Assembly (NCBI GenBank): GCA_018398765.1
Contig: JAHBMJ010000092.1
Span: 1-56,931, forward strand
DNA length: 56,931 nucleotides
Direction of reading: 5' to 3'
From: Chromera velia
Lineage: Eukaryota
This document shows, in pieces, positions 1 to 11,495 of this stretch. Positions within the stretch are counted from its first letter, which is position 1, and every line of letters begins with the position of its first letter. The position numbers and the translations under genes were made by a program. Below the pieces are notes generated by a model. That model searched no databases and was not told where the DNA came from. It was given only the letters and a program-made list of their open reading frames with translations.

Positions 1-200
1 GGGGGGAGAGAGAAAGACTCGGAGAAAGAGGAAGAAAAAGAGAAAGAGAAAGAAAAAAAAGGAGAAAGAAGGGGAAGAGAAAAGGAGAGAGAGAAGAGAA
101 GACAGACAAAAGGGTCAAAAGAAGGGAGAGGGGGAGAGAAAGACAGACTATATGGTTTTTTTCCAAGAGGCAGTTTCCTGTTCTTGGTGAAAACATACAT

Positions 201-240
<40 letters not shown>

Positions 241-298
241 ACACACACATACACACACACACACACAGACACATACACACACACACACACACACATAT

Positions 299-579
299 AT
301 AGAGAGACGGACAGGGGCAGGGAGAAAGAAGACGGGAGTGAGTTAAAGTGAAGAAGACAGGGCGAGAGAGGAAAATTTATAAATCAATGTGCTATTGTGC
401 AAGAACACACACATTCCAGACCTCCAACGGCACTTCGGCTCACAGAGTGACTACCAGATACACGCATAAACACATACCCGCGCACACAAAGAACACGCAC
501 ACAACATGCACACACACACATACACATACACACACATACACACACACAGAGAGAGAGAGATGAGAGAGAGGGGGGGGGN

Positions 580-622
<43 letters not shown>

Positions 623-1084
623 AGCAGAAAAAGGGAAGAAGACAGAGAGAAATAGAAAAGGAGGTCAAGACAAACTTATACCACTGCACAGAAGCCAACG
701 GAAGCCTCGTTCACAGAATAATGTTTTTTTCTGGATGCTCTAAAAGGTTACTCATTCAAGCACGCACACACAGAGAAAGACATGGAAAACGGAGAGAATA
801 GGAGATAGAGAGACGGACAGGGGCAGGGAGAAAGAAGACGGGAGTGAGTTAAAGTGAAGAAGACAGGGCGAGAGAGGAAAATTTATAAATCAATGTGCTA
901 TTGTGCAAGAACACACACATTCCAGACCTCCAACGGCACTTCGGCTCACAGAGTGACTACCAGATACACGCATAAACACATACCCGCGCACACAAAGAAC
1001 ACGCACACAACATGCACACACACACATACACATACACACACATACACACACACAGAGAGAGAGAGATGAGAGAGAGGGGGGGGG
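299..1084. repeat. ~280-bp exact direct duplication (299-578 and 805-1084) among CA/GA microsatellites; probable assembly overlap
   Basis: Identical ORFs at 348 and 854 (offset 506); the first copy ends at a single N at 579. Confidence 0.85.
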
Positions 1085-1816
1085 GGAGGGGAGAGAGAAA
1101 GAGAGAGAGAGAAGCTCTCGTCGATATGCTTGCCTGATAAACAGTGTCACTCAGATTCGTCTCCTTTATATGGGTCCTTTCTACGAGTTCTTTCTTCCAT
1201 CTCTCCTTCGCAGCAACTTATGGCCAGCAACGTGCAGACATCCTTAGAAACATACACGAAGAGAGCAAGTGAAAGCACTCAAAAATGAAAACGCCCCTGC
1301 TCCCACATATCCTAACCTGCTGAAGAGAAGTGAAACAGGGATGGAGACAGGATGATCGAACGAAAGAATGTGAAAAAGAACCTAGAAAAGAACCAGAAGT
1401 TTTCGCAGCAAGTTGTGAGCTTATTTGTTCGATCACATGAAGTTAGCCATTAAAGCAGGGGATAGCAGGGGTGATCACATTGTGTTTTTAACATGCTGTG
1501 CTATTGTTGTGCTTATATACTTCAAAGATTGAATAAGATTGATGCTCTTACAAGCGTTCGTTTTTCAGATTTTCAACCCTAGTGTACACAAAAAATGTGC
1601 ATATTGGTATCTTGAAAAGTGAGAACAAAATGTAATGGTTATATTAATTGAGAAGACGGGGATCGACAGATGCATGGATGGAAGAACATGCATATATGCA
1701 GCTATAGAGTTTTTGATTACAATGCATGCATACATGTATGCATTATTTATATTTTTTTTTGTATTAATTGCATGCATGCATGCATAGCAGCCGATCGAAA
1801 CATATATATACATATC

Positions 1817-1855
<39 letters not shown>

Positions 1856-3179
1856 TATATATATAAAATTAAGAATGTTCTCGATCTCAACCATACATGC
1901 CACCAGTCTGAGTTAACGTCTTCTCCTAGCTATATCTTGCTGTTAAAGTGCAAGAAATGGGAAACTGTGAGTGTCGCGAGTGTCCCTCCTGCTCCTGCAG
2001 CAGCTGCTGCTACTGTTACGCCAAACGGCAGTCTGTCGATGCAAATGAGCTCCGATAGCTAAAAATCTGCTGAAGTAGACCAACCTGGAGTGAAAACCGG
2101 CTTTAGATCCCCAAGGACAGCTCAGAGGGCAGGCGGCATGCTTTGTTCAGTCACAGTCCAGATGACGGAGAATCCCCAACGATTGTTAGTCCCCAGCATC
2201 AGGAGTTAAGTCTTATAGAGAGGAAACCATTTAGGGTCAATTTTTTGTAAGGGATCATTCCGGTTATTGTAAGAAGAACTCCACAGCATGCAGACTTAGT
2301 GTGGTTGATCATGAGTATAAATTCTTTCGCTATGCATACAGACACGCACACAGACAGGTGGTCTTTCAGGGCAATCTGAATGGTCTGCTTGGGTGTCAAC
2401 TTTCTCTCAGAGCTTTCCTGCAAACATGTACATATAAATATCGATGTGTGCACCTCTTCATTCTGATCAGATCTGTCCTGCAAGTAAAAGCTCTAGAAGA
2501 TAAAGGTCGCAGACTTCATTCTTTTCCAAGGAATGCATATGTAGGAGGTGTATTGAATTAGATACATGCCTTTATTTGATGTATTTCAATGACTTTGCTA
2601 TGCAGTTCCAGCAGGATGGCTCGACCAAATAGCACCGGATCCGTCGTGGTTTACAGATAAGGTCCACGTACCCGCTCGTATATTAGATATAATATATCGA
2701 TCCATCTATATTCATGCATGTATGTATGTATGTATGTCCGTCGATATCCGTGTTAGGGGGGGGAATAAAAAGACATGAGAGAAGAGCCCCAAAAGTCCAC
2801 TGGTTTTCTTATTAATTTTACATGTCTGCATACTTCTGACCTCTTCGTCTGCCTTCCTGCTTAGCTGTCTGCATGCCTGCCTCTAGCTGCCTGCCTGCCT
2901 GCCTGCCTGCCTGTTTGCTGTCCTACCTGCCCACTTATGCTCTGAACCGAGCCTGGGAGTCTAGGTTCAGCTCTTTCTCCCAATTCTTAGAACCTGTTGT
3001 GGCTATTGAATCTGAAGGTCTCTTCCTGATTCCTTCCCCCTCTCACCTCCCTTTTCTGCCTGTTGCAGCGAAAACAACAGTAACTGACCAAAAAAGAACG
3101 CAAAGCAGTTCTGAAGCTCAAACAGGCCATCCGTCAGCTTTATCACAGCCTTTCAGGGCAGATGTTGCATAGTACTACA

Positions 3180-3923
3180 AAATCGATCTCAGTCCTCTAT
3201 TCTGAATGACTCCTGGACTGCGAGAGGCGATTTGCTCCTTCTGTGCGGTGACTGAAATGATCCGTCAGAAGGAGCTCTGTGGTTAGATCAGCAGAAAGAC
3301 AAACGGGGACGGTTTCCCTCTGTGCATTAAGGTGGGGGCACTTATAGACGGGTTCGTTGATGGGAAGATTGCACTCCACAGGGCGGTTTCTACATGCCAG
3401 TCTGATTAACAATGGTGCCGATCTGAACATCATTCAGTCGTCACTTCTATCCTCCTATTTCGGTTTTATAGCCCTCATGATTGCTTGTCATAAGCGTCAG
3501 TAGCATATGGCGAGGTTGCTCCTGCAGAAGAGGGCACGGCCTGATCAATTCCTCCCAACCGATATCATCAGTGAGACCCAGACTGCCCTCAGCAGTGCAT
3601 GTCTAGCCATGCAGTCATATCCAGACAGAGACCTCACGAGTCTTGATCCCTTGACATAGGGGGAAGTGAGAGATCTGATCGAACAATTAGTTGTGCAGAC
3701 ACCTTGTGAGGTTGTAAAATGTACCCGTTTGGGTGCGTATGCCGAGTTATTCCTTCACTTTGCAATGCGACAGAAGGATATGGAGGATTTTGCATTGGCC
3801 TGCCTTACCACGGGTATCGACATAAATGCACTTGACAAGGATGGTGACCGACCTCTCTTGATTGCAGTCGGGAGGAGGAACGTGAACCTTGTCGCCCTGT
3901 TCTTGGAACACGGTGCGGCGCGC
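3180..3923 (+). pseudogene. Ankyrin-repeat pseudogene, 5' part (interrupted by P-type element)
   Basis: Ankyrin motifs IALHRAV..NNGADLN, IALMIAC..LLLQKRA, LHFAM..GIDINALDKDGDRPLLIAV..LFLEHGA, with stops and frameshifts. The 5' limit is approximate. Confidence 0.85.
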
Positions 3924-4243
3924 TAGGGTCTGACACTTCTACTATAAAAAATTTTTTTAAGGGTACCCTAAGACTAATGACTATTACTAGACATCTAAAA
4001 GTTGTATTTTTGAATAGATCTCATCAAAAGAACCAGAACAGAATAGTTTAAAGCTTAGATTTCATTGGTTCGAGGCCGGTTTTTCCGGTTTTAGTATAAT
4101 CTGCTAGTTAAAGTTCCAGAAGAGCGAAGAGGCCGGTTTTGGAACCAGCATAGGAAACCGGGAGGAACCAACTAAAACCATGCAAAACCATATGAAAACA
4201 GGAGTCAAATGCATGTTTGAGTTGAATTGAATCAACTGAAAGA

Positions 4244-7200
4244 TCATTCATCCTCTCCTGGGCCATCTTCTTCTTCGTCCTCCTCCAAAATTTCTTGAAA
4301 CCGTGTCTGCAACCTGGCAAGCTCTTCATTGTCAACCGTCAAACGACCGTAGACTTGGGTGCTTGAATGAAGATAAAAGAATACAGCAGACAGAGCAATG
4401 TGATCAATTTGAGCAGTTGTAGTTACACGTGCGATATACGGCACAAATTTTGTCACTTCCCCCTCTGCGTCCTCTTCTCTTGCTCTCTTGTACGAAATGA
4501 CCCTCAATTCAAGGTGAGCGTTATCGTCGGTGTGAGCAACGCGAGACAAACCCGTGCTTCTTCCTCTCTTTATTGCTGGATGCTTGTTTTGAGGATTCAT
4601 AATGTCAATCACTTTTGCGATATACCATTCAACGGAATCACGATTGTCTATGAACTGACAACCAACAATGTCGCCCAGCCCGATCGAATACTCGCCTTTC
4701 TGAGGTCGTGCATGCTTGAAACGGGGGGCACGTGTGATTCTATCCTAACGTTGACTAGACAGTTTTTCGTCCTGCAAATAAGCACACGCAGACAAGAGAA
4801 GCATTTCGTTTCCAGAGACCGGTTGCGTCACGCGAAGACGGCCGTCCTTTCCCTTTCCCTGCCCATTTCCCTCACAGGGAATCGAACTGAGAAGATCCGT
4901 CTCCGCTCTCAGCATATCGCTCTCTTGTTTGAGGAGCTCGTCTGCCGTTGCCTGTGCTGCATCGTCAGCAATCTTGTCCCCCCCTTCTGTGTTAACTGTC
5001 TCTGTCTCATCGTCATCAATCAGCTCTTGCGAGGCGTAGTGAGAGACCTTCACCATGCTCTCCCACTTGAAGTCGAGAAGGGTCTGCTTGGTGAGCGATT
5101 TTCTCCTACCAGTTCTCTGCCCCCCCCACTTGACTTTGTCTCTGAAGTCTGTATAAATTTTGGAATCAACCTTTCCAATCAATTCCCATGCTCTCTCTCT
5201 TCCCTTCTCAACTGCTGCAGCAATCTTCTCATCAGAAATCAGACGGCAAGTCTCCTCGGACTCCCACGCCTTCGGGAGGTCTCCACGAGTCTTTCGACTT
5301 TTAGTGCTGCTGTACTCAATGAGATTCTCTTTCTCATTCTCGAATCTTAATTTCATGTCCCGCACCACGTTCTGTAGGCACCTGAGGAGGGTTAAGTAGC
5401 CAAAATTAACCACTTGTGTGTGACCTGGGTAGTAGAGACGGAGGAGACGGAACAGCTCCTCACAAGGCTTAGCCTGACTCCCCCCCAACCAGGTCTTGAA
5501 TTCAACGTCGGGGTGTTTTTCTCTCAGAAATCGAATCAAGGCAATGAGGCTGTGAAAATTCACTTCGATGCACAGCTCTACATTCCGGGTCAAAAAGACC
5601 TTGCTCAACGTCTCAGAAGAACACTTGTCCACCCACGCCTTCCATAGCCGACTGACCCACACAGCTGTAGACATCTTTTCAATTCTTTCCTCAAGAGAGA
5701 GGTTCTGTGCACAAAACGCAGTGTCAACCAAGTTAGCAAGGTTGAGCAGAAGGGTAGTCCCTTCTGCCGCATCAGTCTCCCACAATATGTTGATGACCTG
5801 CAAGCAAGGAAACACACATACACACACACACACACACAAGGGGGGGGGGAGGGGGCGGGAAGGAGTGCAAAAAAAAAATAAACAAAGAGGGCAAGCAAGA
5901 AAGAAAAAAAGAAAGGAGAGAAAAAAAGAAAGCGAACGAACAAAGGAGCTAGCAAAGGAGATAAAAGGGGCGCTTTAAGGACAGAGAGAAAGAGAAGAAT
6001 GAGTGACTAACCTCGGGATGAGTCACCTGCCGGGCAGTCCGCACATTCTGCCTGTCACTCCCTTTACCCAAATCTGCCTCTCGGAGGAGAGACTCTTTCA
6101 ATTTTCCCAACTGTGCAAGGGAAGTTAAATGTGCCATATCCATTCAACCAGCTCTACCAAGGAGCCCCTGCCGAGAATTGCTCAAGAGAGTGTTTCTAAT
6201 TTTTAGCAACAGATGAAGAGGATCCTGAATTTTGACATTGAAATCCTCACTATCAACTTTCGGAAACTGAAGGAGAAAGTTTGGATCATTCCAGAAGTCG
6301 TCCTTGTCTGCAACATTCTGCATAGTGTTCAGCATAGCCGACAGGCACCGACTGTCACCGTCGGAGCCATGAGAGACGACGCTGATATCCTTCTCCCTCA
6401 AACGAGCTCTGAGCTTCTTCTGCCACGTCTGCAGAAAGAAACAAAGGAGAAAAATGAGTTGTGTTAAGGAGAAAAAAAGAGACAACTGACAGCTAAGAGA
6501 ACGAGAAATGTGCAGAGGCATAAAAGCAAGAGCCAGAGGCCAAGAGAAAGGGAGAGAAGAAGAAAAAGGGGGGCACTGCAAGGGGGGTAGAGATGCGCAG
6601 AATCCAATGAAAGAGTCTGACAACTGACCTTGACATCTGCAGTATTAAATTTGTTGTCTGTAAGAAACGTCGCAATACAAATCGGGGGTTTCTCCCCGTC
6701 TACAGGGGTAATACAAAATGTATACACGTACTTCCCCAAGTCGTAGTTATCGTACTCGTGTCGCAATTCCTCCCATATCCCAACAACAGGGACGTGAGTG
6801 CTAAACGGGTCCTTAGAGATGAAGCCAAACAACTGGCCAGTCCCGTCGTGTGCCTCCATGATGTTCTTCATTCTAGTTGCGTCTTCTGCCATATGTACAA
6901 GCTTCCCCTTGAACTGCTCAGCAACAAAATCAAGTGTCTCATCAGAAAGGCCTGGACGGGCCAGGAAGATCACCTTGGCGTGGCGTTCAATCGTTTTTCG
7001 GGATGGGAATCCTTCTAAATTCTTTTCTAGAAAATCAAAGACTTTCTGACCTCCCCAGTGAAGGACATGTGTGGCGAAATCCTTCACCGCCTTCTCGTGT
7101 CGACGCCCCTTACTATCGTATGCTTCGTTCTTTGCCAGATTTTTTAGGAACGCGGAGAAGAAAACGGCCTCTCCCTCTCCTTTCTTTTCTTCGAGAGACA

Positions 7201-7717
7201 GAGCAGCTGCTTTCAGCAGAGACGGTGTGTCGGATGCATTGATCAGGTCTCTGACCAGGGCTGCTGACTTCGTCTCATAGTACCGAGACCGCTCTCTCAT
7301 ATTTTTGAGAGCGACCCGTTTGTGACCGATAGTCGCTTTCAAGTCCTTGTTCTCCTGCTTCAGAAGGTTGAAGCTGCGCTGCTGGCTAAGAATCTCTGCA
7401 ATTAATTGGCTCTTGCACATGTTTTCGAGCCTTTGGCGCTGCTGCTCTTCTTCGGTCGGAGGGGTATCCTTTATTTCCTCATCCTCCTTCTCACATTCTC
7501 TTTCGGATCCCTCTTCCCCCCAGTCACCTGTTTCTACTAGCTGATGATTTTCTGGATAGAATCGCTTGGGAAGGCGCTCTTTATCTTCATTTGCTACTGC
7601 TGGGGCCGTTGCTTCTTCACCAGAAGGCTCCTGAGGTGGGTGAGGGTTGTGGGGCTGTACAAAATGAACCCCACCTGCAGTGCTGGTAGGTCGCTTCTTC
7701 CACTTGCCCATACCCAT
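4244..7717 (-). pseudogene. P-element/THAP9-type DDE transposase; exons ~7717-6629, 6428-6012, 5797-4244; two premature stops
   Basis: Ordered motifs EDATR, SDGD, QDPLHLLLKIRN (DxxH), DRQNV, SQ..PCEELFRLLR. Phase-0 GT-AG introns. In-frame stops at 6144-6146 and 4745-4747. Confidence 0.88.
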
Positions 7718-8098
7718 GACGTTTGCAGCCACACTCTGGTTGGCGCTACCAAACAGTGCAAAAAGAAGGCAAAAAACGATCTGCAGCATTACGAATCAAT
7801 CTACCTTACCACAGCCAGTGAGAAAGAGAAAGCAGTGATCGATCGATGGCTCGATGCATATGTTGTTCAGACTGAATGTGTTCAACCGAGAAGCACTTGC
7901 AGAAAGCAGGGCTTCATTCTCATCAATGAGTCCTTACAGGTTCTTGCAAGAAAGCAGTTGATATTCTTAGCGGCATTCATTGGACACCTGGATTGAGTTC
8001 ATACAATGTTAAAGATGGGAGGCCGGGGCTTGAGAGTCGATCTGGAATACCACTGTTGTTTGCCACCGCGCACTGCTTGCATGGATGCATACATACGC

Positions 8099-8148
8099 GC
8101 GGCCCCGAAAAGCGAACACGAGCTGCACAATGAACTTTCCGGGGCCGC
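8099..8148. promoter_or_regulatory. Inverted pair of CTTT(C/T)CGGGGCCGC motifs in the divergent promoter of the P-type element
   Basis: GCGGCCCCGAAAAG (8099-8112) and CTTTCCGGGGCCGC (8135-8148), one mismatch, lying between two divergent genes. Confidence 0.55.
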
Positions 8149-8434
8149 GGCTCAAAAAAAAGGCGCATATGCAAAAGGGTCACAAACGGTCACAAATGTC
8201 GTCTTTCCTTCCTCAATCATCCTCCTTACTTCTACTCACACTCGTTTTGCTTCTCATACCTTGTTGGCCAACAGAAGCAAAGTTCTAGGCAGAGTGAAGA
8301 GCAGTGACTCTTCATGCAGCAGAAGAGAAGCAGAAACTTCAGAAGCAGAAGTAGAAACTTCAGCCAAGCCCAGTTTGCATCTCCCGTCTCTGACTGACAC
8401 TTTTATATCCTCTCACTCCATCTCACTCCATAGA

Positions 8435-9299
8435 ATGATCTCGCCCGCTGAAGTGGAGAAGGTGATGAAAGATGAGCAAGCAGCAACTCTCTTTAGCTTT
8501 GCAGACCTGGCTGCCCAGACCAATCAGTTTTTTGAATCTGAAAAAGGGGAGGAGGGACTATTTTTTGGTCTCACTGTACAGCACACGCTCAGGTTTGTTC
8601 TTTTTGAAGCGTTGACTCGCACGGATCTCAAAACGTAGAGCAGCGCGAACTAGCAAGACTTCAAAACAAAGTACGGGATGGTGTTCCAGACCCATCTCGA
8701 TCGGATAAAACTGCGTGTTAAGCCTCCTGTCACCTTTGGGATGCATTTCCCAAAGAATTCTGGCAACGCTGGCAAGAGAGGGGGGGAGACACATACTGAT
8801 GAGCCCGTCTCTAAGGTAGAGAGGACTGAGAAACCGAAGCCAGAAGAGAAAAAAAAAGTGAAAGCAGACGATTTTGCCGAGTTTGCTGAGATTTCGCTTC
8901 AAAAGGTGGTGAAGGCATTCAAGGCCTCACACATAGTTGCCTTCCGGATTTTTGACGACGCCAAGGATAGAGAGAAGCCGAAGCTTCTTGAAACCGACCT
9001 CAAGGTCCTTACCATCGCAGACTGGAAGGAAGGGGACCCGTCGTCCTACCGAAATGGTACGTACGAGTGCAGAGTTCGAGTGTCTTCTCTGCTCAAAGAA
9101 GGACGACAAGCAGTGTAAGCTAACTGTTTGGGCTTCGTCAACCGGCGCCCCAAAATTGACTGCGTTTGAGAAACATCTGGAGCGCTTCCACCTGGTTTCC
9201 AAAAATCAGAAGCCTGTAACGGCAGTGCAGAAGGGAACAGGGGAAGAGAAAAATGAAAAAACGGGGGAGAAAGAGAACAAATCGGCTTCCGTCAATTAG
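8435..9299 (+). pseudogene. Second gene of the P-type element, with C-terminal BED-like C2H2 zinc finger
   Basis: One frame from MISPAEVEK through two TAG stops to DWKEGD. A GTAC duplication (9057-9064) shifts into FECLLC...LTAFEKHLERFH. Confidence 0.7.
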
Positions 9300-9704
9300 A
9301 TGTACATTAAGCAGTGCATTCGCTAGTATTCTCTTAGATCCTCTCCCTCTAGCATTCTGGTCGGTTTTTATGTATGAAAATTTGATGAAATCATTGTAAT
9401 ATCATCACAGTTCTGTTGAAAAACGTATTGAGGCCGGTTTTTTGAGTTGGATTTTGTGTGGTTTCAGTGGTAAATCTTATGGTTCCAAAACTGATAAAAA
9501 CCGGGACTGGCAAAATGCTATAAAAAGGGGGGTAACCAACTATAGACCAAAGAGAACCACTTTAAAATCATCAGATTTTAAGTTTTTAGGATTAGTTAAG
9601 CTTTAGATTGACCTATAAATATAGATTTTTGAGTTTTTTACATGGTTTTAGGCATAAAAACCACTGCTGAAACCTAGCGTCTACATCAAGAGTGTGAGAC
9701 CCTA

Positions 9705-10359
9705 GGCGGCCGGTGTGGACTTCCACGTGTACAACTGGTAGGATGACTCCGCTTTACATATCCTCGCAGGGGGGGGTCAGGAGTTGGAATGGCAATCGAG
9801 TGAGAGGGAGGCCATGAAAGAGAACGATCCAGAGGAGAGGGAGGCAAAGGCGTTTGAAATGACAAAGATCCTCCTTGACAAAGGGGCCGATATCAATCTG
9901 CAGGGGGGCAGCGGGTACACTGCTTTGCATCTGGCTGTGGAGAGCTGGAACGTGCATCTGGTTACGTTGTTCTTGCAGCGAGGTGCGATTGTGTCTGTAC
10001 AGAGTGAGAAAGGGTATCGTCCGATTGATTGCCTGCATTCGCTCACGAATAAATAGAGCGGTAATATGGTGGACGAGGATACCAAGGCCGTTCTGAACAA
10101 ACGATTTGATTCTATTCTGAAACCCCTGTATGCTCATGGAGCCAATATGAACGAGTGGAATCCTCATGGGACTATACTGCTGCACCAAGCAGGACAGAGC
10201 AACTCTGTCGACTGTGTTGAGAGTCTTCTGTCTGTGGGAGCAGATCCTGCCGTATTTGATTATTGGATGCAGAAACCCAGCCAACTGACTGTAAGGGCTC
10301 AGGGTGCATTGGCCCGCCGCCTGACCCGCCGCCGCATCTTAGTGAGATATATGGCGTGA
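9705..10359 (+). pseudogene. Ankyrin-repeat pseudogene, 3' part
   Basis: DSALHILA, LLDKGADINLQGGSGYTALHLAV, HGANMN..LLHQA..LLSVGADP in one frame with internal TAG stops. Confidence 0.88.
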
Positions 10360-11495
10360 GCGCGCTTCGTGCATTAAATTAATTCAGAGTGAGATTGACA
10401 GTTGAATACAATAACAGCGAACAACAGACTGAATAGTAGGAGAGGAGAAGCATCCCCTCTCTGTCAGTTCTCTCTCCATGAAATAATCAGATCAAGTATT
10501 CTCTATTAGACTCATATACCCTTACACTGACTATGTGTCTGATGATGAGGCTGGATGACAAGTGGTTCTATGAGAACTTCTGTTATGAGACGTGTCTGGA
10601 AAAATAGGAAGAGAGTGGTTCAGGAGAAGAGATCTCAGAGGTCAAAGACGCCAGACAGATCCTGTATGCCATCAATAGCCACGCTGCTCCTTCCTAAGCA
10701 GCTCCTTCCTACACACCAGCTTCTTCCTCCCACTGGCATGCGGCTCTCTCTCATGCCTCTGGAGGTTGAACGAACGAACGAACAAACGAACGAACGAACA
10801 AATGAACGAACGAACGAACGAACAAAAAGGTCTTTGAGGGATTCGTCCGACATGCAATGCACTCATTCTTTTTTCTCTTTTCTTTGACCACTCTCCTTGC
10901 AGAAACTTCTTTTCCTTCCGGGAAAGAGAGAACACAAAGCCGTACAAACAATAGAAAAGCGAAATGGACAAAAAAAAAAGCTACGTCGAGTGTTACTACC
11001 ACGAAACCTATTTGCGTTGGTTGTACAGCCTTTGTCCCCCCCTTTTCTTTCCCTCTTTTACTACACCTTTCCTTTTGCATTCGTGTGTCAAGACTTGTGC
11101 GCGCGTCACGATGTGTACGACCTGACTCTGCCTGGGGAGATGGACAGGGAGAGAAAGGAAAGGCATGTGCGTGCGCTCTGTCTATGGAACTCATCGCTGG
11201 ATGCTGCTGAGGGGAGACGGGCGAGGGAGAAGGGGGGCTTCTTCAATTAGGATTTTCACCCTTAGACTTTCGCATTGAACTAGACGTTGGGCAGAAGAGG
11301 ACGCAAAGAGAAGAAACAATGAAGTCTCGTTGCAAATTGGAAGCACCAGGGTGTCTTGTCGGTTTGACTTTTTCGATCGACCTCCTACATCAAAAGTCCT
11401 CCATCCATCAATCTATCTATGCATCTATCTAGACAAAGACCGCCGCTTCATCTTCAATCTATTTCTCGTTCCGCTTAATTCTTTCTCCATCCATC

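Larger units (their letters stand above)
3924..9704 (-). mobile_element. P-superfamily DNA transposon, 5.78 kb
   Basis: TIR TAGGGTCT(G/C)ACACT at both ends; imperfect 7-bp TSD GGCGCGC (3917-3923) / GGCGGCC (9705-9711). Removing the element and one TSD copy restores the ankyrin frame. Subterminal GAGGCCGGTTTT copies near 4072, 4128 and 9431. Confidence 0.9.

Noticed and set aside
348..1069. Duplicated 71-aa ORF
   Set aside because: Microsatellite-derived, and the duplication abuts an N, so it is probably an assembly artefact.
1957..2058. Cys-rich MGNCECRECPSCSC mini-ORF
   Set aside because: Only 33 aa and derived from a (CTG/CAG)-like repeat; possibly the ankyrin gene start but unsupported.
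4367..5350. 327-aa plus-strand ORF
   Set aside because: Antisense to the P transposase exon.
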